NCBI GenBank assembly: GCA_031459625.1
Contig: JAVKIH010000012.1
Span: forward strand, 5,936-66,738
DNA: 60,803 nucleotides
Reading direction: 5' to 3'
Source of the DNA: Candidatus Geohabitans tengchongensis
GTDB lineage: Bacteria > Sysuimicrobiota > Sysuimicrobiia > Sysuimicrobiales > Humicultoraceae
Shown: in pieces, positions 56,416 through 60,803 of the stretch
How the letters are laid out: each line of letters begins with the position of its first letter
Position numbering within the stretch: position 1 is the stretch's first letter
Translations under genes and position numbers: made by a program
Notes under the pieces: generated by a model
Database searches by the model: none
Told to the model about the DNA's origin: nothing
The model's input: only the letters and a program-made list of their open reading frames with translations

Positions 56416-58604
56416 GGGACAAGGAGCGTCCGGCCCGGTCCGGCGAGCCAGCGCTGCCGACGTCCGCGCAGGCGCTCGAGGAGATCGTCGAGGAGTTCGA
56501 GGGCAAGACCCGGCGGCTCGGCGGGCTGGCCGGCTGGCTCATCACGGCGGGCCTCGTCCTGATGAGCCTCTACCACCTGTACGCGGCGCAGGCCACCTTC
56601 ATCCGGCAGGCGCACCTGGCCATCCACCTGCTCTTCGTCCTGGTGCTCACCTTCCTGCTCTACCCGTCGCGGCGCGCGGCGCTCGCGCGCATCACCCCCG
56701 GCGACGTCGTCCTGGCCGGCCTGGCCGTCCTGGCCCTGGGCTACATCTTCGTGGACTTTCGGGGGTTCATCTACCGCGCGGTCATCCCCACCCCGCTGGA
56801 CATCACCTTCGGGGTCATCACCATCCTGCTGGTGCTGGAGGCGACGCGGCGCACCGTGGGCAAGGCGCTGCTCCTGCTCGTCGTCGCCTTCCTGGTCTAC
56901 GCCTTCGTGGGGCCGTGGTTGCCCCCACCCTTCACCCACCGCGGCTACGACCTGGCCCGTGTGGTCGGCCAGCTCTACATGACCCTCGAGGGGATCTTCG
57001 GCGTCCCGCTGGAGGTCTCGTCCACCTTCATCATCCTCTTCACGATCTACGGCGCCTTCCTCGAGCAGTCGGGGGCGGGCAAGTTCTTCGTGGACCTGGC
57101 CTTTGCCCTGACGCGGCGCCGGCGCACGGGCGCCGGGCAGGCGGTCACGGTGGCGTCGTTCCTGCTGGGCGGTCCCTCCGGCAGCGGCGTGGCCACCACG
57201 GTCACGGTGGGGGCCATCGCCTACCCGCTGCTGCGCCGCGCCGGCTACGACCGCGAGGCCGCCGGCGGCTTGCTGTCCGCGGGCGGCATCGGCGCCGTCA
57301 TCTCTCCCCCCATCCTGGGGGCGGCGGCCTTCATCATCGCCGAGATCCTGAAGATCTCCTACCTGCAGGTGCTGAAGATGGCCATCATCCCGACGCTGCT
57401 CTACTACGCGGCCATCTTCTTCATGATCGAGCTCGACGCCCGCCGCTTCCACCTGCGCCAGGTGGAGATCCAGGCGGAAGACCCGCTGGCGCTGGTCGCC
57501 CGCTACTGGTACTTGCTCTCCTCGCTGGTGGTCATCCCGCTCTTCATGGTCCTGGGGTTCACCGCCATCAACGCGGTGCTGTGGGCGACCATCATCGCGC
57601 TGGTGACGTCCTTCTTCCGGCGGGAGACGGCGCTCGTGGTCGTGAAGCGAGCGCCAGGGCCGCGCCGGGTCTGGCCGTGGCTCGTCATGAGCATCCTGGC
57701 CCTGGCGCTGACTTGGATCATCGCCGGATGGCGGCAGGCGATGCCCTGGCCGCCGGCGGCCGTGTGGGCGGCGCTCTCCGCCTTCTTCCTGGTAGCCGCC
57801 CTGGTGCGGGACGGGCTCGGAGTCGGACGGATCACCGTGAACGCCACCAAAGGCGTGGCCGCGCTGGCGGACGGCAGCCGCCAGGTACTGGGCGTGGCGG
57901 TGACCACCGCGGCCGCCGGCATCATCGTCGGCGTGACGAACCTGACCGGCCTGGGGCTGAAGATCTCGGACATCATCGTGACCAGCGCCGCGGCGGTCTC
58001 CCCGTGGCCGGAGACGACGTTGCTCTTCACGCTGCTCTTCGCCGGCGTGGCGCTGTGGGTGCTGGGGCTGGCGCTGCCCATCACCGCCACCTACATCATC
58101 GCCGCGGTCATGGTGGCGCCCGCGCTCATCCGGCTGGGCGTCTCCGAGCTCGCCGCGCACATGTTCATCTTCTACTACGCCATCCTCTCGGAGGTCTCAC
58201 CGCCGGTGGGCCTCTCCCCGCTGGCGGCGTCCGCGCTCACCGGCGGCAACCCCTTCCGCACGATGATGCAGGCGTGGAAGTACACGCTCCCGGCCTTCGT
58301 GGTGCCGCTCATGTTCACCATCCACCCCTCCGGCCTCGCCCTGCTCCTCGAATCGCCGCACTGGGTGGACGTGGCCAGGGTGACCCTCACCGCGCTGGTA
58401 GGCCTGGCGGCGCTGGCGTCGGGGGTCAGCGCCTGGCTGCTGCGCCGGACCACCCTCCTGGAGCGGGCGATCCTGCTCGTCGGGGGCCTGCTCCTGATCT
58501 ACCCGGCCACCGCGCTCGACCTCATGGCCGTGGGGCTGATCGCGCTGGCGGTGGTGATGCAGCTCCTCCGCCCGCGGGTAGCCCAGGCCCTCTCCGCGGA
58601 GTGA
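56412..58604 (+). CDS. TRAP transporter fused 4TM/12TM permease
   Basis: LEATRRTVG, EGIFGVPL, SGSGVA, PPILGAAAFI, GL.LP.TA.Y, SEVSPPV; GTGA overlap. Confidence 0.94.
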   Translation: MRDKERPARSGEPALPTSAQALEEIVEEFEGKTRRLGGLAGWLITAGLVLMSLYHLYAAQATFIRQAHLAIHLLFVLVLTFLLYPSRRAALARITPGDVVLAGLAVLALGYIFVDFRGFIYRAVIPTPLDITFGVITILLVLEATRRTVGKALLLLVVAFLVYAFVGPWLPPPFTHRGYDLARVVGQLYMTLEGIFGVPLEVSSTFIILFTIYGAFLEQSGAGKFFVDLAFALTRRRRTGAGQAVTVASFLLGGPSGSGVATTVTVGAIAYPLLRRAGYDREAAGGLLSAGGIGAVISPPILGAAAFIIAEILKISYLQVLKMAIIPTLLYYAAIFFMIELDARRFHLRQVEIQAEDPLALVARYWYLLSSLVVIPLFMVLGFTAINAVLWATIIALVTSFFRRETALVVVKRAPGPRRVWPWLVMSILALALTWIIAGWRQAMPWPPAAVWAALSAFFLVAALVRDGLGVGRITVNATKGVAALADGSRQVLGVAVTTAAAGIIVGVTNLTGLGLKISDIIVTSAAAVSPWPETTLLFTLLFAGVALWVLGLALPITATYIIAAVMVAPALIRLGVSELAAHMFIFYYAILSEVSPPVGLSPLAASALTGGNPFRTMMQAWKYTLPAFVVPLMFTIHPSGLALLLESPHWVDVARVTLTALVGLAALASGVSAWLLRRTTLLERAILLVGGLLLIYPATALDLMAVGLIALAVVMQLLRPRVAQALSAE

Positions 58605-58608
58605 GACC

Positions 58609-59067
58609 ATGACGGACGCGGAAACCCCGCGGGACACCGCGACGCCAGGGGACACGCCAGAGCCGCAGGACACCCAGCCGCCGGCAGGAGACTCTCCGAG
58701 GGCGCCGGCGCCGGAGTCGCCGGCAGCGGAGCCGCTGCGGACGCCCGCAGCGTCGCAGGCCGCCGAAGCGCCGCAGGAGTCCGCCGCGCGGCCGGCCGAG
58801 GTCGACGCCACCGCCCTCGTCCTCACCTGCATCTCGCTGCTGGGGCAGAAGGCCTGGGCGGCGCTGGGCCTGGTCCCGGACCCGGCGTCGGGGAAGATCG
58901 AGCGCCATTTGGAGGACGCCCGGCTGGCCATCGACGCCGCGGCGGCGCTGGTGGAAGTCGTCCGGGGCCGGGTGGGCGAGACGGACCGGCGGGAGCTGGA
59001 GACGCTCCTCACCAACCTCCGCCTGAACTACGTCGAGCAGCGCAGCCGGGAGGCGGGGCAGCGGTAG
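58609..59067 (+). CDS. DUF1844 domain protein with low-complexity N-terminus
   Basis: AW..LGLVPDP.SGK....L..ARLAID...L..LRLNYV. Confidence 0.8.
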   Translation: MTDAETPRDTATPGDTPEPQDTQPPAGDSPRAPAPESPAAEPLRTPAASQAAEAPQESAARPAEVDATALVLTCISLLGQKAWAALGLVPDPASGKIERHLEDARLAIDAAAALVEVVRGRVGETDRRELETLLTNLRLNYVEQRSREAGQR

Positions 59068-59408
59068 TGCGCCGAGGCGGGGATGAGGCCGTGCGTACCC
59101 GGGTGCAGGCTCTCATCCGGAATGGCCAGGCCCGGTTCTGTGACTGGGTCCGCCTGGAGCTGTGGGCCGGCATCGGCGAGGCGAAACGGCAGTGGCTTCG
59201 CCGGATGGAAGGTCTCCTGGAAACGGTTCCCACGGACGATAGCGTGTGGGAGGCTGCCAGGCGGCTGGCGGGTGCGGCCCGCGCCCGCGGACGGACCTTC
59301 CCCGCCGCAGACCTCCTCGTCTCTGCCTGTGCCCGCATCCACGGGTTGGACCTGTACCACCGGGACGACCGCCTCACCAGACTCGCAGAGATCCCCCTGC
59401 CCCGCTGA
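59067..59408 (+). pseudogene. 5'-truncated PIN-domain (VapC) toxin, no antitoxin
   Basis: VRLELWAG, W..ARRL, PAADLLVSACA, LYHRD are present; the first DTS strand is missing. Confidence 0.7.
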
Positions 59409-59453
59409 TCTCACCCGGCGGGCCGGTAGTGGCCCCTCGGGGGCGTACTCGGC

Positions 59454-60104
59454 TCAGCGCCGGGCCGCCTGTACGGCCGCCTCGATGGCCCGGCGCGTGA
59501 GCGCGTGGGCGAAGGGGCCGTCGGGGTTGTCGAACGTCCACACGTGCAGCATCTCGACCCGAGCGGGCCGCAGCTCCGTCCCCGGCGGGCAGGCGCCACC
59601 CTCTGACCGCAGGCGCCGACCGTCGCCGGTGAGGCACTCGTGGCTGTGCCACTCGGTCAGCGGGCCCCCCGGACGCGGCCCCTGCCCCCTGGGGGCGACG
59701 AAGAAGGCCCCCAGGAGCACTTCCCGGCCTTCGGGCAGCTTCAGGTAGACGAGCCCCTCGGGCCGCTGGGGGTCGAGGAGCCGGCCGTCCTGGCGGTACA
59801 GCGGGTTGCCGAAGTGCGCGGGACCCCACGTCTGAAAGCGCCAGGGGCCGGACTGGCGGTACCCTTCCGCTTCGGCGACCTGGCGGTCGGCGAAGCGGGC
59901 GATCCCCGCGCGGACGGCGGCCAGCAGGTGCGCCGCCGCGGCCTGCTGCTCGGGGGTGGCCTGCGGAGCCGGAGCGTGCTGGTGTCCGGCACCCTGGGCC
60001 AGCGCCGGGAACGCCGGGGCCGCCGCGGTCAGTGCCGCCGCCAGCCCCAGTGCCAGGGTGCAGAGCATCGCCATCCTCGCTGTCGTCGTCCTGACCGTCA
60101 CCAT
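59454..60104 (-). CDS. Secreted hypothetical protein (LDP..PEGLVY / WHxH / MLHVW motifs), paralog 1
   Basis: SD AAGGAGG, signal peptide, conserved with the adjacent paralog. Confidence 0.82.
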   Translation of the reverse strand: MVTVRTTTARMAMLCTLALGLAAALTAAAPAFPALAQGAGHQHAPAPQATPEQQAAAAHLLAAVRAGIARFADRQVAEAEGYRQSGPWRFQTWGPAHFGNPLYRQDGRLLDPQRPEGLVYLKLPEGREVLLGAFFVAPRGQGPRPGGPLTEWHSHECLTGDGRRLRSEGGACPPGTELRPARVEMLHVWTFDNPDGPFAHALTRRAIEAAVQAARR

Positions 60105-60189
60105 CCTGCCGACCTCCTTTGCTCTCCTGGCCCTCGTCACGCGGTCACGGGGCGGGCACCCGGTCGGTACCGTCACGCGCCGTCTACGA

Positions 60190-60803
60190 TCACCGCCCAA
60201 ACTGCCGCAGCGCTGCGCGCAGGGCCTCCGCGTCGAGATGGTGGGCGAAGGGTCCGCCCGGATGGTCGAAGAGCCACACGTGCATCATCTCCACCGCCTC
60301 GCCCACGAAGGTGCTGCCCGGGGGACACTGCCCCGGGGCGATGGCCAGCGCCACGCGGCCGTCGGGGCGGATGCACATGTTCTCGTGGGTGTGCCACTCC
60401 GTGAGCGACCCGCCGGGGCGCGGGCCCTGCCCCTTGAAGGCCACGAACATCACCCCGAGCAGCACCGTCCGCCCGTCGCGCAGCCGCAGGTAGACGAGCC
60501 CCTCGGGGTAGCGGGGGTCGAGCCAGCGGCCGTCCCGGTTGTAGGCGCGGTTGTGCCAGTGCGCCGGCCCCCAGGTGCCGAAGAGGAAGGGGGTGGTGCG
60601 GCGGTACCCTTCCGCCTCCGCCGCCTCCACCGTGGCGAAGCGGGTCGCCGCCGCGCGCACCTCGGCCAGGAGCCGCTCGGCGGCCGCCCGCTGCTCGGGG
60701 GTGGCCCCGTCGGGCGCGTGGGTGCCGGGAGCGGGCGAAGGACCGCCTGCCGGGGCGGGTGGGTGGTGGTGCCGGTGCCCGTCGTCGCCGCTCTGCGCGA
60801 CGG
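60190..60803 (-). CDS. Paralog 2 of the same family with His-rich N-terminus; starts beyond the window
   Basis: GHRHHH...ATPEQRAAA...WGPAHW...PEGLVYL...GQGPRPGG.LTEWHTHE...MMHVWLFD.P.GPFAH. Confidence 0.85.
   Translation of the reverse strand, partial: VAQSGDDGHRHHHPPAPAGGPSPAPGTHAPDGATPEQRAAAERLLAEVRAAATRFATVEAAEAEGYRRTTPFLFGTWGPAHWHNRAYNRDGRWLDPRYPEGLVYLRLRDGRTVLLGVMFVAFKGQGPRPGGSLTEWHTHENMCIRPDGRVALAIAPGQCPPGSTFVGEAVEMMHVWLFDHPGGPFAHHLDAEALRAALRQFGR

Overview
This is a very GC-rich bacterial chromosomal segment with about 60 densely packed genes, many joined by GTGA/ATGA overlaps. I found no rRNA, tRNA, CRISPR-cas or IS element. Core and metabolic content includes mreB, an Aap-type amino-acid ABC operon, tandem CNNM/CorB genes coupled to an SbcD/SbcC(YhaN)-like pair, moeA-mobB/mobA/fdhD/fdhF, a GH1 glycosidase, ndk/ndh/ggt/dppA, mutY/nth/mutT, TetR-PNPOx-ABC-menA, an S8 protease, DUF1800/DUF1501, a P1B ATPase with ArsR, a desaturase and a TAXI-TRAP transporter. 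The most interesting candidates are (1) an intact but catalytically dead HTH-LAGLIDADG protein coupled to a small SH3/Tudor-like gene, (2) a possible menaquinone-headgroup salvage operon (ABC importer plus menA) behind a perfect TetR operator, (3) an Mre11-like protein lacking catalytic motifs, paired with a membrane-anchored SMC-like ATPase, (4) a putative ubiquitin-fold/VOC fusion, (5) a nested-hairpin leader before aapJ and (6) recurrent mini-ORFs that bridge neighbouring genes. There are also gene relics (sirB1-like, oppC-like, vapC) and G-run frameshifts that may be assembly errors. All calls come from reading motifs by eye; no database search was run.
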